Shown here one piece after another: positions 31,249-41,336 of a DNA stretch of 64,000 bases. The translations under genes and the position numbers were made by a program. Source of the stretch: Obrimoposthia wandeli (taxonomy: Eukaryota); contig CDROCS010002070.1 in NCBI GenBank assembly GCA_977020255.1, positions 1-64,000 on the forward strand. Direction: 5' to 3'. The notes beneath the pieces are model-generated. The model did not search any database, was not told the origin of the DNA, and saw only the letters and a program-made list of their open reading frames with translations. Within the stretch, counting starts at the first letter, position 1. Each line of letters starts with the position of its first letter.

Positions 31249-31872
31249 TTAAATAATACGTCTAAACGTCAAGTTAATACGCGGGGTATCAACCTTAAGC
31301 CTTTTTGGTAAAGCATGATGCCAATGCTGCTGGCAGTATCGCATTAACAATAAATCACCCTGTTCCAGTTCGACGGATACTTGTTCTTTTGTGGCTTTAT
31401 GGCGGAATTTGAAACTGCGTGTCGCACCAACACTGACCGATGCGATACAACTTTGGTCCATGTTCGTTTCATCATCACTGTGCCAACCCACGTAATCAGT
31501 ACCGTCACGGTATAAATTACATAACACCGCATTAAACTTTTCGTTATGTATTGCTGTTATTTTATCGGCTAATTGCAAAAGTGAATGAGGCCAGTCTAAG
31601 ACTTTATGTGTGACAGCGTTATAGCGATGTTCTTTGTCCGTATACAGACATACCAAGCGTTTTGGTTCTACCCATTGGCCATACATAAACAGTTGCTGCG
31701 TTTCCCAATGAATAAGAGACTGAAGCTCAGATAGATCAAGATCTGTAAAAAAATTAGGATAAAGCCAAGCTTCGCCATCTCGCGGTAGAACTTGTTCTGG
31801 TTCTCGCGTAAATAAGTCTAAATTCATGGGTAATGTCATGTGGGATGCTTGCATATAAGAACATCCCATCAT
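31249..31872 (-). CDS. AlkB-family 2OG-Fe(II) dioxygenase (ALKBH2/3-like)
   Basis: NLYRDG.DYVGWHSDDE (HxD), WHHALPK, RINLTFR. Confidence 0.9.
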   Translation of the reverse strand: MMGCSYMQASHMTLPMNLDLFTREPEQVLPRDGEAWLYPNFFTDLDLSELQSLIHWETQQLFMYGQWVEPKRLVCLYTDKEHRYNAVTHKVLDWPHSLLQLADKITAIHNEKFNAVLCNLYRDGTDYVGWHSDDETNMDQSCIASVSVGATRSFKFRHKATKEQVSVELEQGDLLLMRYCQQHWHHALPKRLKVDTPRINLTFRRII

Positions 31873-31964
31873 ATTAACTAAAATATAATCATGTCACAAT
31901 CTCAATGCTGATTGTTTTACGCCATCATTACTTACCGCTGAAAGAGCCTCTGTCATGTGAAGCA

Positions 31965-32044
31965 TTGACTCATGTCGTCAAGCAATGTCGTCAAACAATG
32001 TCTCAAGCTATGCCATTAACTCATGTCATCAACCAATGTCGTCA
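31965..32044. repeat. Degenerate direct duplication of the last 29 bp of the hydrolase-OsmC gene
   Basis: TTGACTCATGTCGTCAAGCAATGTCGTCA (31965) versus TTAACTCATGTCATCAACCAATGTCGTCA (32016), 26/29 identical. Confidence 0.85.
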
Positions 32045-33227
32045 CCACTTGTGGGTTACTGTGTAATGTTCGATGTACTGGACACCTATCTGCGATCTCC
32101 ATTAATCGTGTTTTTTCGGCATCACTCAAGGGGCCTAACAGCTGCACTTTACGAATTAATAATTCTATTTTTTGATTCGGTTCCGTCACATTACTGGCAT
32201 CTTTTATATAATCACGCTCGTGAGATAAAGATACTTCGACATGCTCGAGGGGGATCTTCTTATGATCCGCATACATACGAATTGTCATCGCAGTACAGGC
32301 ACCTAAAGCAGCCAATAAATGTTCATAGGGATCGGGCCCTGTATTTTGGCCTCCGACTTGTGTTGGTTCGTCGGCATACCAACTGTGGTGGTCACTGAAA
32401 ACGGATTGCTGAAATTTATGGTCGAGTTCCGCTACCGTAATGTGCCCTTTGGTTACTTGGGGACGCGATATTACGGCGACTGGGATATAGCGGCTTGCCC
32501 ATCCGGAAATCGTTTGCGCAACATATTCACTGTCGATTGATTTTGATAACAGATGATCGGCAGTGTCTAAGCTAACAAAGCTTTTAGGATGCTTGGCCGC
32601 TTTATAGATTTTCTCGGCATCTGCAATATCGACAGTTAAATCGATGGGAGAATGCAATACCAGCAACGCCTTATTCAGATGCTGTATATGCTCTGTCGTT
32701 TGGTTACGCAAATCATCTATAAATTGTTTTTTAATCGTGAACTCACGTGGGCCCAAACTCACTTTTGCACAGCCGTTTTTTTCAATAGTATCGAGGTGGG
32801 CATCAAAGTTGTGTATGACATGGCTTGCTTCAAACGGTGCCGCAATGGTCACCACTGCTTTTACTTTTGGCAGTTTACCTGCCATCGCTAACACGGCAGC
32901 GCCACCGAGACTATGTCCGATTAATAGTTGTGGTGCATCATAATGCTGTTCAAGAAATTCTGCCGCTGCAAGCAAGTCTTCGGTATTGGATGAAAAATTG
33001 GTATTGGCAAAGTCACCGTCACTGTTACCCAAGCCGGTGAAGTCAAATCGAAACACAGCAAAGCCATGTTGCACTAAAAACCGGCTAATTCGCGAGGCGG
33101 CTGCCACATCTTTACCACAGGTAAAACAATGAGCAAATAATACATAGGCTCGTATCGCTTGGTCAGGTGTTTCAAGCAAGCCTGCTAGGTTTTGTCCTTG
33201 ACTCGGAAATTCTACTTTTGTTCTCAT
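32016..33227 (-). CDS. Bifunctional alpha/beta hydrolase-OsmC family protein
   Basis: [26 protein letters not shown]; OsmC part [24 protein letters not shown]. Confidence 0.92.
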   Translation of the reverse strand: MRTKVEFPSQGQNLAGLLETPDQAIRAYVLFAHCFTCGKDVAAASRISRFLVQHGFAVFRFDFTGLGNSDGDFANTNFSSNTEDLLAAAEFLEQHYDAPQLLIGHSLGGAAVLAMAGKLPKVKAVVTIAAPFEASHVIHNFDAHLDTIEKNGCAKVSLGPREFTIKKQFIDDLRNQTTEHIQHLNKALLVLHSPIDLTVDIADAEKIYKAAKHPKSFVSLDTADHLLSKSIDSEYVAQTISGWASRYIPVAVISRPQVTKGHITVAELDHKFQQSVFSDHHSWYADEPTQVGGQNTGPDPYEHLLAALGACTAMTIRMYADHKKIPLEHVEVSLSHERDYIKDASNVTEPNQKIELLIRKVQLLGPLSDAEKTRLMEIADRCPVHRTLHSNPQVVTTLVDDMS

Positions 33228-33502
33228 CGATTTGATCCTAGGTTTATAATAAACACCTTGGAACTAAATGCATCTCACGGTGTTATTACGTAATTAAAAA
33301 GCAATTAACGGTAGTAATTGTATCTGGGATCTTATGAGTATAGTTGTAGTTGCATCGCTAATTTGAACATTAGCTAAAAGACATCATGTATGTAGAAGGT
33401 AAAGTACGGTACAAGAAAGGCGGTGGTGGCATTCTATTAAAGAAAGCGACCAAGCTATAACTTATTTCATTACAGCTTGGTCACGAGCGATATTATTAAA
33501 AA

Positions 33503-34198
33503 TTAGTCACATTTAATACGATATTCTTTATGACTTTTCTTGGTATGTTGCTTGATTGCCTTAAGCACTGTTTTAACTTCTTTTTTGCCGTCTGCTGTTT
33601 GTAATTGCTTAAACAGACCCGTCAATTTTTCAATGCCTTGCTGATAGCCCTGATGCTGCATGTGAGTTTGGTGGTCCATGCCGGGCATATTTTCCATTTG
33701 GCTATGATCCATCGCTGGCATATCTTTATTCATGGCTGACATGTCATGATCCATACCAGGCATATCTTTATTCATCGCGGACATGTCGTGATTCATAGCA
33801 GGCATGTCTTTATTCATGGCAGACATGTCATGATCCATACCAGGCATGTCTTTATTCATTGCGGACATGTCATGATCCATAGCAGGCATGTCGTGATTCA
33901 TAGCAGGCATGTCATGATTCATCGCAGGCATGTCATGATTCTTCAGCTTTACCGGAATCTCATTTCTTGCCTTCATTGAGTTGGCAAGTAACTTCGTTAC
34001 CTGAGCTTGCATGGCCGTGGCATCATTACGTTTAAATGCCGCGACATAGGATTTTAAGTCGTCATTCATCTCTTTCATCATGCCGCTTAGCGCGGTATCT
34101 TCGCAGTGTGTTTCGCCATCATGAGCGAACACCGGCAGACTGAGTGCGGCAGACAGTACTAGCGATCCTGCTATCGTTTTTGTCATTTTGTTTAACAT
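33503..34198 (-). CDS. Periplasmic cytochrome b562-like four-helix bundle with large Met/His-rich loop insertion
   Basis: Signal peptide ..PVFA; LSGMMKEMNDDLK ~ LEDNMETLNDNLK, IPVKL ~ TPPKL, YQQGIEKL ~ FRHGFDIL, SHKEYR ~ YHQKYR of E. coli b562 (alignment from memory). Confidence 0.75.
   Translation of the reverse strand: MLNKMTKTIAGSLVLSAALSLPVFAHDGETHCEDTALSGMMKEMNDDLKSYVAAFKRNDATAMQAQVTKLLANSMKARNEIPVKLKNHDMPAMNHDMPAMNHDMPAMDHDMSAMNKDMPGMDHDMSAMNKDMPAMNHDMSAMNKDMPGMDHDMSAMNKDMPAMDHSQMENMPGMDHQTHMQHQGYQQGIEKLTGLFKQLQTADGKKEVKTVLKAIKQHTKKSHKEYRIKCD
33710..33940 (-). repeat. Eleven coding 21-bp tandem repeats ([N/D][H/K]DM[P/S][A/G]M) with 42-bp higher-order period
   Basis: NHDMPAM x3, then alternating [D/N]HDMSAM and NKDMP[G/A]M x8. 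Confidence 0.95.
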
Positions 34199-34220
34199 GG
34201 TATATTCCTTTTTTTAATTG

Positions 34221-37200
34221 TTAATTGTCTGTTGTTAATTTTTTATTAGAGGCTGCGGTACTGTCATCATCCTCGGTCATGATCGATTTCAAGCTGAACT
34301 GTTTCCACAGGTAGAACATGGCCGGTAGTACCAACAAGGTTAGCATTAACGCTGAAGCCATACCGCCAATCATTGGCGCGGCAATACGCTGCATCACTTG
34401 TGAGCCAGTTCCTTCACCAAACATAATGGGCACAAGGCCGATGATAACAGTGGCGACGGTCATCATGACGGGACGTACTCGTAAACCAGCACCTTCCATT
34501 ATTGCCTGACGTAATTTGGCTTTAGTTAGCTGGCCAGCTGCAATAGCGGCATCGAGTGATTGATTTAAATAAACCAACATGATGACACCAATCTCAACGG
34601 CAACACCAGCGAGGGCGATGAAACCAACACCGACGGCAATCGAAAAATTATAGTTGAGCAAGTAAAGTAACCAGATGCCACCGATCATCGCCAGCGGTAA
34701 AGTACCCAAAATCAGTAATACTTCACCGACACGTCTAAATGCCAGGTAGAGTAATAACACGATAATAGCGAGTGTGGCAGGGATCACCACCGTTAAGGTT
34801 TCCTTCGCGCGCTGCATATATTCGTATTGACCAGACCAGGTAATAGAATAACCAGCAGGCAAGACGAGTTGTTCCGCCACAGCTTTTTGCGCGTCCAGTA
34901 CATAAGAGCCAAGATCACGGCCTGCGATATCAACATAGATCCAGCCATTAGGACGGGCATTTTCAGTTTTTATCATCGGCGCACCATCTTCAACATAGAC
35001 GTTAGCCACGTCGCTTAAGGCTATACGAGCGCCTTGCGGTGTGATTATCGGCAGTAATTTCATTTGCTCGATGCTGTCGCGGTAGGTTTGTGGATAACGC
35101 ACATTAACCGGATAACGCTCTAATCCTTCAATGGTTTGGGTTACATTCATCCCGCCAACTGCGGTGGATACGACGGCTTGTACATCAGCAATGTTAAGAC
35201 CATAACGTGCAGCTTTTGCCCGCTGTATATCAACCTTAACATAACGGCCTCCGGCGACTCGCTCAGCATAAGCAGAGGTTGTACCTTCAACGTTAAGCAA
35301 TATTTTTTCTATGTCTTTACCAATTTTTTCTATTTCAGCCAGTTTCTCACCCGCTACCTTGATACCAATGGGGGTTTTGATACCTGTGGCTAACATATCG
35401 GTACGTGTTTTGATTGGCATTACCCAGGCGTTGGTGACACCAGGGAACTTGATCAACGAGTCTAATTCTTCGCGTAAACCTGCTGATGTCATGCCGTCTC
35501 GCCACTGATCTTTGGGTTTTAAACTGATGAAGGTTTCTATCATCGTTAATGGCGCGGCGTCTGTTGCTGTTTCTGCACGTCCAGCTTTGCCCCAAACGCG
35601 TTCCACTTCAGGCACGGTTTTGATCAATTTATTGGTTTGTTGCAGCAATTCTCTGGCTTTACCGATACTGATCCCCGGATAGGTAGTCGGCATGTACATT
35701 AGATCACCTTCATCTAGAGGTGGAATAAATTCACTGCCGATCTTGTTTACCGGATAAAAGCCGACGACAAGTAAACCCGCAACCACAAATAACAGCAGTA
35801 AAGGTGCTTTTAAGCTGAATGTTAGTAGCGGTCGATACAGGGCAATAAGACCACGATTAATCGGATTTTTGTGTTCTGGTAGTACCTTACCGCGAATGAA
35901 GTAACCCATCAGGATAGGCACTAAAGTCACCGCGAGTCCGGCTGCTGCTGCCATCGAATAGGTCTTCGTAAAGGCGAGGGGAGAAAACATCTTGCCTTCT
36001 TGTCCTTGCAGTGCAAATACTGGCACGAAACTAAAGGTAATGATCAGTAGGGAAAAGAACAGTGCTGGACCGACTTCGGATGCAGCTTTGCTGATCACCT
36101 GCCAACGATTTTCATCCGTCAACGGTGTTTTTTCCATGTGTTTATGCACATTTTCAACCATCACGATAGCACCGTCGACCATAGCACCAATGGCGATAGC
36201 GATACCGCCTAATGACATGATGTTGGCATTAATACCCTGCCAAGACATGACGATAAAAGCCACCAAAATACCGACGGGTAAACTGATTAAGACCACCAGT
36301 GAGCTGCGGATGTGGAACAGGAATACCGCGCACACGACAACGACCACTAGAAACTCTTCAAATAGCTTTTCGTAGAGGTTTTCTACTGCATTATCGATCA
36401 GGGTAGAGCGATCGTAAGTCGGAACAATTTCAACACCTTCCGGTAAAGATCCCTGCAACGTTTTAAGTTTAGCTTTGACGGCTGCAATGACATCACGGGC
36501 ATTTTCGCTGTAACGCATGACGATGATACCGCCAACAACTTCACCTTCACCATTAAGCTCCGATACACCACGGCGCATTTGCGGCCCGATAACGATGTCG
36601 GCCACATCACCGAGTAATAACGGCGTGCCAGTTGCGCTCAGTTTTAACGGGATGTTTTTCAGATCTTCAATAGAACTGATATAACCATTGGCGCGCACCA
36701 TATATTCCGCTTCAGCCATTTCAATCACACTGGCGCCTGCTTCTTGGTTGCCCTGTTTTATGGCGTTGCTAATGGCAGACAGTGGAATTTGATAACTGCT
36801 TAATTTATCTGGGTCAACGCTGATCTGGTATTGTTTAACCATACCGCCGACCGTCGCCACTTCCGATACACCCGGTACGGTTTGCAGTTCATACTTTAAG
36901 AACCAATCTTGTAGACTGCGTAATTGGCTAAGATCATGATTACCGCTGGTATCGATTAACGCATAGGAATAGACCCAGCCAACGCCTGTTGCATCGGGTC
37001 CTAATGCTGGTTTGGCTGTGCTAGGCAAATTCGGTGTTACCTGAGAAAGGTATTCAAGCACCCGAGACCGAGCCCAGTACATATCTGTGCCATCTTCAAA
37101 AATGACATAAACATAAGAGTCGCCAAAGAAGGAGAAACCACGCACTGTTTTTGCACCTGGTACGGATAACATCGCGGTGGTTAGCGGGTAAGTGACTTGG

Positions 37201-37388
37201 TCTTCAACTACTTGTGGCGCTTGTCCTGGATAACTGGTTTTAATGATCACCTGTACATCGGAGAGATCTGGGATCGCGTCGATCGGGGTATTTTTGACTA
37301 CAAAGCTACCGTAGACAATAATAATAAAGGTCGCTAACAAGACTAGCATCCGATTGTGGATCGACCATTCAATAATGCGTTTGATCAT
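34221..37388 (-). CDS. cusA: CusA-family Cu/Ag heavy-metal RND efflux pump
   Basis: [73 protein letters not shown]. Confidence 0.95.
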   Translation of the reverse strand: MIKRIIEWSIHNRMLVLLATFIIIVYGSFVVKNTPIDAIPDLSDVQVIIKTSYPGQAPQVVEDQVTYPLTTAMLSVPGAKTVRGFSFFGDSYVYVIFEDGTDMYWARSRVLEYLSQVTPNLPSTAKPALGPDATGVGWVYSYALIDTSGNHDLSQLRSLQDWFLKYELQTVPGVSEVATVGGMVKQYQISVDPDKLSSYQIPLSAISNAIKQGNQEAGASVIEMAEAEYMVRANGYISSIEDLKNIPLKLSATGTPLLLGDVADIVIGPQMRRGVSELNGEGEVVGGIIVMRYSENARDVIAAVKAKLKTLQGSLPEGVEIVPTYDRSTLIDNAVENLYEKLFEEFLVVVVVCAVFLFHIRSSLVVLISLPVGILVAFIVMSWQGINANIMSLGGIAIAIGAMVDGAIVMVENVHKHMEKTPLTDENRWQVISKAASEVGPALFFSLLIITFSFVPVFALQGQEGKMFSPLAFTKTYSMAAAAGLAVTLVPILMGYFIRGKVLPEHKNPINRGLIALYRPLLTFSLKAPLLLLFVVAGLLVVGFYPVNKIGSEFIPPLDEGDLMYMPTTYPGISIGKARELLQQTNKLIKTVPEVERVWGKAGRAETATDAAPLTMIETFISLKPKDQWRDGMTSAGLREELDSLIKFPGVTNAWVMPIKTRTDMLATGIKTPIGIKVAGEKLAEIEKIGKDIEKILLNVEGTTSAYAERVAGGRYVKVDIQRAKAARYGLNIADVQAVVSTAVGGMNVTQTIEGLERYPVNVRYPQTYRDSIEQMKLLPIITPQGARIALSDVANVYVEDGAPMIKTENARPNGWIYVDIAGRDLGSYVLDAQKAVAEQLVLPAGYSITWSGQYEYMQRAKETLTVVIPATLAIIVLLLYLAFRRVGEVLLILGTLPLAMIGGIWLLYLLNYNFSIAVGVGFIALAGVAVEIGVIMLVYLNQSLDAAIAAGQLTKAKLRQAIMEGAGLRVRPVMMTVATVIIGLVPIMFGEGTGSQVMQRIAAPMIGGMASALMLTLLVLPAMFYLWKQFSLKSIMTEDDDSTAASNKKLTTDN

Positions 37389-38914
37389 TACATGTCACCT
37401 TCTACGTCGTCATCATCAAAGTCTAACCAATCCAAAGCGTCATCACTATCAATTTCAGTCTCTGAATTAGTGCTAGTTTCAGCCTCCGTTTTTTGCTGCT
37501 CCATGCCGGAGTGATCCATTGTCGAGTGGTCCATCGCTGCATGGTTCATGGCCGAATGATCCATCGCCATTGCAGGTTGTTGTGGTGATTGTTGTTGCGA
37601 AGAGACTGGATCGATGCGACTAAAGTCTGCTGTTAAGCTAGATTCAGAATCTATCAGGAACTGAGCACTGGTCACGACCTTATTCCCGGCGGCTAACCCA
37701 GCCATAACTTCAACATAACCCGCTGATTCTCGTCCTATCGTAACCCTGACAGATTGATATTGACCGTCGCCTTTGGCCAGTACTACCCGATCAAAATTGC
37801 CAGCACGGATCACGGCTTCGCGAGGTACCTGTAAGCTGGTGGACTGAGTTTGGCTGAGCAATTTCAGCTTGGCGAACATATTAGGTTTTAACTGTTTATC
37901 TTCATTACTAAATTTAACGCGGACTTTCAGTGTTCGAGTCGCTGCGTTTAATTCTGGATAGATGTAATCAATCTCGCCATGCCAAGTTCTGCCTGGGAAG
38001 CTATCAAGTTGCATTTCACCCTTATCGCCGACTTGTACTAAACCTGCTTGCGATTCAAATACTTCAGCTTGCAGCCAGATCTCATCTAACTGTCCCGCTT
38101 CGATGATCTGTGACGCCGGCGTAATGTATGCACCTTCACGTACGCCTAACTTGGTAATAAAACCTGACTCAGGGGCGAAAATAGTTACATTCTGTTGGGC
38201 TTTTCGCTTGCTGCTAATCTGACTGATTTGTGCTTTGTTAATACCGAGTGCAGACAAACGATTTTTTGATGATGAAATTAAGGTTTTATTACCGATACGT
38301 AAGGCATTGAGCAACTCTTCTTGGGCTTTAATTAATTCAGGAGAATAAAGGGACAGGAGCTTTTGGCCTTTGCTTACTTGCTCTCCTGTTTCCTTGATGT
38401 AGAGCTGTTCTATCCAGCCGGATACGCGACTATTAATCTGCCACAGACTGTGTTGATCAAACTCTAGTCGCCCCACTGTATTAATTTGTGGGATAAAAGG
38501 ACGCTGACTCACGGTTTGCGTGCGCACGCCGAGGTTATTTTCTACGCGCGGAGAAATGGTGACTAAACCGGCATCACTGGCTGTTGCTGCATTACCGTAC
38601 ACAGGGACAAGATCCATCCCCATCGGTGATTTACCTGGTTGGTCGCGACGATAACTGGCGTCCATCGGTGCTACCCAGTAAAGCGGTTCTTTTACTACTG
38701 ACGCTGGCACATCGGGATAAACGGGCACCAGATCCATGCCCATTGGTGATTTACCCGGTTGATCACGGCGATAGTTGGCGTCCATTGGTGCTACCCAATA
38801 AAGCGGTGTAGCTTCGGCACTATTAGCAAAACTATCAGCTTGATAAGTTGTAAACCAAACGCCTGCGGCCAACCCGAGGGCAAGCGTAATTGAACTGGCG
38901 ATAATTGTTTTCAT
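37388..38914 (-). CDS. cusB: CusB-family periplasmic adaptor with two N-terminal heavy-metal-binding repeats and Met/His plus acidic tail
   Basis: [27 protein letters not shown] x2; [40 protein letters not shown]; TAATG coupling to cusA. Confidence 0.92.
   Translation of the reverse strand: MKTIIASSITLALGLAAGVWFTTYQADSFANSAEATPLYWVAPMDANYRRDQPGKSPMGMDLVPVYPDVPASVVKEPLYWVAPMDASYRRDQPGKSPMGMDLVPVYGNAATASDAGLVTISPRVENNLGVRTQTVSQRPFIPQINTVGRLEFDQHSLWQINSRVSGWIEQLYIKETGEQVSKGQKLLSLYSPELIKAQEELLNALRIGNKTLISSSKNRLSALGINKAQISQISSKRKAQQNVTIFAPESGFITKLGVREGAYITPASQIIEAGQLDEIWLQAEVFESQAGLVQVGDKGEMQLDSFPGRTWHGEIDYIYPELNAATRTLKVRVKFSNEDKQLKPNMFAKLKLLSQTQSTSLQVPREAVIRAGNFDRVVLAKGDGQYQSVRVTIGRESAGYVEVMAGLAAGNKVVTSAQFLIDSESSLTADFSRIDPVSSQQQSPQQPAMAMDHSAMNHAAMDHSTMDHSGMEQQKTEAETSTNSETEIDSDDALDWLDFDDDDVEGDM
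38597..38806 (-). repeat. Duplicated 90-bp metal-binding module in cusB (120-bp period)
   Basis: Copies at 38597..38686 and 38717..38806. Confidence 0.9.
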
Positions 38915-38922
38915 GAAAACCT

Positions 38923-40179
38923 CTATAATGCTTGAAAGTAACGAATGCGGGCTAATGTTTTTAGACTCTGAAAATGCAGTTGCTGGTACTCCAGCTCTAG
39001 CGCTTGCTCATCCATAAATGCTTTGATTACCTGTTCAAAGTTATTGGTATTGAGCTGATAACCTTGTAAGGATGCTTCGGTATTGCGCTTGGCATGAGGA
39101 AGTAGCGTATCCTGATAGCGTTGCATTCGAGATTCGGTATTCAGAAAATTGGCGATAGCACCGTTTAAAATGCCATTGAATTTAATCAATAGCAGATCTT
39201 TTTCAGCTTTTTTGATGCCCTTGCCCTGAGTGGCCGCGATGACAACTTGGTCTTGGCGATTACCGGTAAATAAGGGGATATTCATGGTTACTGAACCGCT
39301 GAGTAAATCACTGCGCGCCGATCCTGTTGCCATATCTAACGCTTCTCGGTGGCCGTCGCCCACATCGACTTTAAAAGCTGGTTTATAGGATTCATTCGCT
39401 ATTTCGATGGTGTTTTCAGCTACATCAATAGCTTGCTGCGCGGCCAGTACCTGAGGATGGCTTGCTAGAAGTTGATAGTGCACAACCTTACCTTGCTTGG
39501 CATAATCACGGCTTGCTTGCCATTGAGGAATTTGCGAGTCGAGTTGTTCGAAAGCTTGTGAACCAATCCACGCCAGTAGCTGGCCACGTAATGCCTGCTC
39601 TTGTTGGGCGAAGGCCGCAATTTTGTCGTCGAATTTAGCCAGCTCTAGTTCGGCATTGATAAGGTCTTGATTTTGCTTATAACCGAGCTCAAATTGACGG
39701 TAGAGGTTGTCTACATTCAATTTAAATAAGGCTTGGTTTTTTTGCAAAATTTCTTGAGCAAGTTTGGTAAAGCGAATATCAAACCAAAGTTCTCTGATCT
39801 TTAGTTTTAGCTCTGCTTGACGGTTAGCTGACAGCTGTACGCTTTGCAGTGCTTGCAGGTTGAAATTGTTGGCGTTTAACGCGAGTGTATCGCCGCGAGA
39901 AAATTGTTGTGACATACCAATACTAAACTGCGTCATGGGATCGTCAGTTAACGAGAAGCTGTCTATTGGTACATTCGCTAAACCGAGTTTTATCATCGGA
40001 TCAGTCAGTTGTGATGAACTGATCGCTTGCGCTTTAAAACGGGTCTGCTGAGCAGTGTAGATCTGGGCTGTTGGATCGCTTTGCAGGGCGAAGTTTTCCG
40101 CTGCAGATAGCGTTAACAGCTGAGCATTAACATTAAATGTAAATAACGTTAATAGCCCAAAATAAATTTTGGATGGCAT
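38923..40179 (-). CDS. TolC/CusC-family outer-membrane efflux channel
   Basis: Signal peptide; DPMIKLG..NVP, DPMTQFSIGMSQQFSRG, HPQV, SVTMNIPLF; first structural gene before cusBA. Confidence 0.87.
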   Translation of the reverse strand: MPSKIYFGLLTLFTFNVNAQLLTLSAAENFALQSDPTAQIYTAQQTRFKAQAISSSQLTDPMIKLGLANVPIDSFSLTDDPMTQFSIGMSQQFSRGDTLALNANNFNLQALQSVQLSANRQAELKLKIRELWFDIRFTKLAQEILQKNQALFKLNVDNLYRQFELGYKQNQDLINAELELAKFDDKIAAFAQQEQALRGQLLAWIGSQAFEQLDSQIPQWQASRDYAKQGKVVHYQLLASHPQVLAAQQAIDVAENTIEIANESYKPAFKVDVGDGHREALDMATGSARSDLLSGSVTMNIPLFTGNRQDQVVIAATQGKGIKKAEKDLLLIKFNGILNGAIANFLNTESRMQRYQDTLLPHAKRNTEASLQGYQLNTNNFEQVIKAFMDEQALELEYQQLHFQSLKTLARIRYFQAL

Positions 40180-40187
40180 TTTTATTC

Positions 40188-40229
40188 CTTATTAATTGAT
40201 TTTTAAAATAATTAAAATCAACCAATAAG
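40188..40229 (-). promoter_or_regulatory. 16-bp hairpin sequestering the cusC Shine-Dalgarno
   Basis: mRNA CUUAUUGGUUGAUUUU (40229..40214) pairs with AAAAUCAAUUAAUAAG (40203..40188) using two G-U pairs; SD AAGGA at 40190..40186. Confidence 0.7.
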
Positions 40230-40613
40230 AGGGGGACGATATAAGCTTTCTGGATGTTGTTCAGGGAGAGGGGCAGGGAAATACAATACAGTCGTTGTTT
40301 GATCTTGACTGGCAACGATTAATAGATTGGTGCTGATAAAAGGCAGTGAACTGGCGGTGCTACAATCACCATAATTGCACATGTCACAATTACTTTCGCT
40401 CATCGCGGTAAGATGATTGCTGGTTGACGTATCATCCATGTGACAAAGATTGTCTGTGTTCTCGTCTAAATTGCCTCGCATCATTCCCGGCATCATTTGC
40501 ATGTCACACGGAATATTTGCAGACATAACGTGGCTGTTCATTGCCTGAAGAGGTAATGAAAATGAGTTTATTAATAATAATAAAACCAAAGCCAAAGCGC
40601 GCATGAAAGACAT
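40218..40613 (-). CDS. Exported Cys/Met-rich leader protein ending YRPPLIG (DUF2946/CutF-like)
   Basis: Signal peptide, CDMQMMPGMM, CDMCNYGDC, Pro-rich C-terminus PAPLPEQHPESLYRPP. Confidence 0.7.
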   Translation of the reverse strand: MSFMRALALVLLLLINSFSLPLQAMNSHVMSANIPCDMQMMPGMMRGNLDENTDNLCHMDDTSTSNHLTAMSESNCDMCNYGDCSTASSLPFISTNLLIVASQDQTTTVLYFPAPLPEQHPESLYRPPLIG

Positions 40614-40633
40614 CTTTTAATGAAAGTACATGT

Positions 40634-40664
40634 AATTTAAGCATTACCCCTATGGTAAGGTCAA
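40634..40664 (-). promoter_or_regulatory. MerR/CueR-type promoter for leader-cusCBA-b562 operon
   Basis: -35 TTGACC, 19-bp spacer, -10 TAAATT; dyad ACCTTAC-N7-GTAATGC versus CueR box ACCTTCC-N7-GGAAGGT. Confidence 0.7.
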
Positions 40665-40711
40665 GAAGGTAAGGCAAATTTTTGCGGCGCTGTTTATTTA
40701 TACACCGCATA

Positions 40712-40740
40712 TTGACAATATAGCAGGTCTTATAGATAAT
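40712..40740 (+). promoter_or_regulatory. Near-consensus sigma70 promoter for the rightward leader/DUF411 unit
   Basis: TTGACA-17 bp-GATAAT. Confidence 0.6.
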
Positions 40741-40766
40741 TCGTCGTAATTAAGTAAGAAGAGTTT

Positions 40767-41138
40767 GTGATGCTAATACCAAGGCGTGTAATTAAGGTGA
40801 TCTGTCTGTTGCTAGTGAGTATTGTACTCTCGAGCCAGCTTGCCTATGCGCCACTTTCTGCCCATGAACGGTCAAATAACATTGCAGCCATCGATAATGC
40901 GATGCATTGTGATGCCGGGCAGATGATGGCTAACAACGCAAAAGATAACTGCTGTGATTCTTTGGAAAGTAATATTGAAAATAAATGTTGTTTCTCCAGT
41001 GCGACCACAAGTTATGCCATTATTTCATTATCCTCTTTGAATGCACGTCAGCCTTACACACTAAGCCTGATTAATCGTGATCCATCTAAAGCTAGTTTTA
41101 CTATCCCTGCTCTCTTGTATCGACCTCCCATCGTTTAA
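40767..41138 (+). CDS. Second exported Cys-rich leader protein ending YRPPIV (DUF2946/CutF-like)
   Basis: Hydrophobic signal, MHCDAGQMM, NCC..KCC, C-terminal PALLYRPPIV. Confidence 0.7.
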   Translation: MMLIPRRVIKVICLLLVSIVLSSQLAYAPLSAHERSNNIAAIDNAMHCDAGQMMANNAKDNCCDSLESNIENKCCFSSATTSYAIISLSSLNARQPYTLSLINRDPSKASFTIPALLYRPPIV

Positions 41139-41336
41139 TATTCCTTGTACTACACCACACATACGTTTGTTGCTTAATCTATTAATTTCGATATCAATAT
41201 TGATATCGACATAGATGAGGGAACATAGATTAAAAATGTGCAATCGATGTCAAAAATAGACCGATTGAACTAATCTATAAACAAAGTGTGCTGGCTATCC
41301 AAATTAAGTAATACTTCGAAATTTAAGGAATTTAAG
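41134..41336 (+). promoter_or_regulatory. Structured intercistronic RNA with anti-SD/SD long-range pairing
   Basis: UUUAA(U)AUUCCUUG (41134..41147) pairs with UAAGGAAUUUAAG (41324..41336); nested CACAC..TTTGT/ACAAAGTGTG, TTAATCTAT/ATAGATTAA and perfect 22-bp palindrome 41188..41209. Confidence 0.5.

Noticed and set aside
31985-32398. 137-aa plus-strand ORF
   Set aside because: Antisense to the OsmC domain; no recognisable features
33710-33940. Regular short repeats resembling a CRISPR array
   Set aside because: The repeats are contiguous 21-bp in-frame codon units without unique spacers, inside a protein; no cas genes
33746-33979. His-rich + strand ORF (77 aa)
   Set aside because: Antisense shadow of the Met/His repeat; no RBS or independent features
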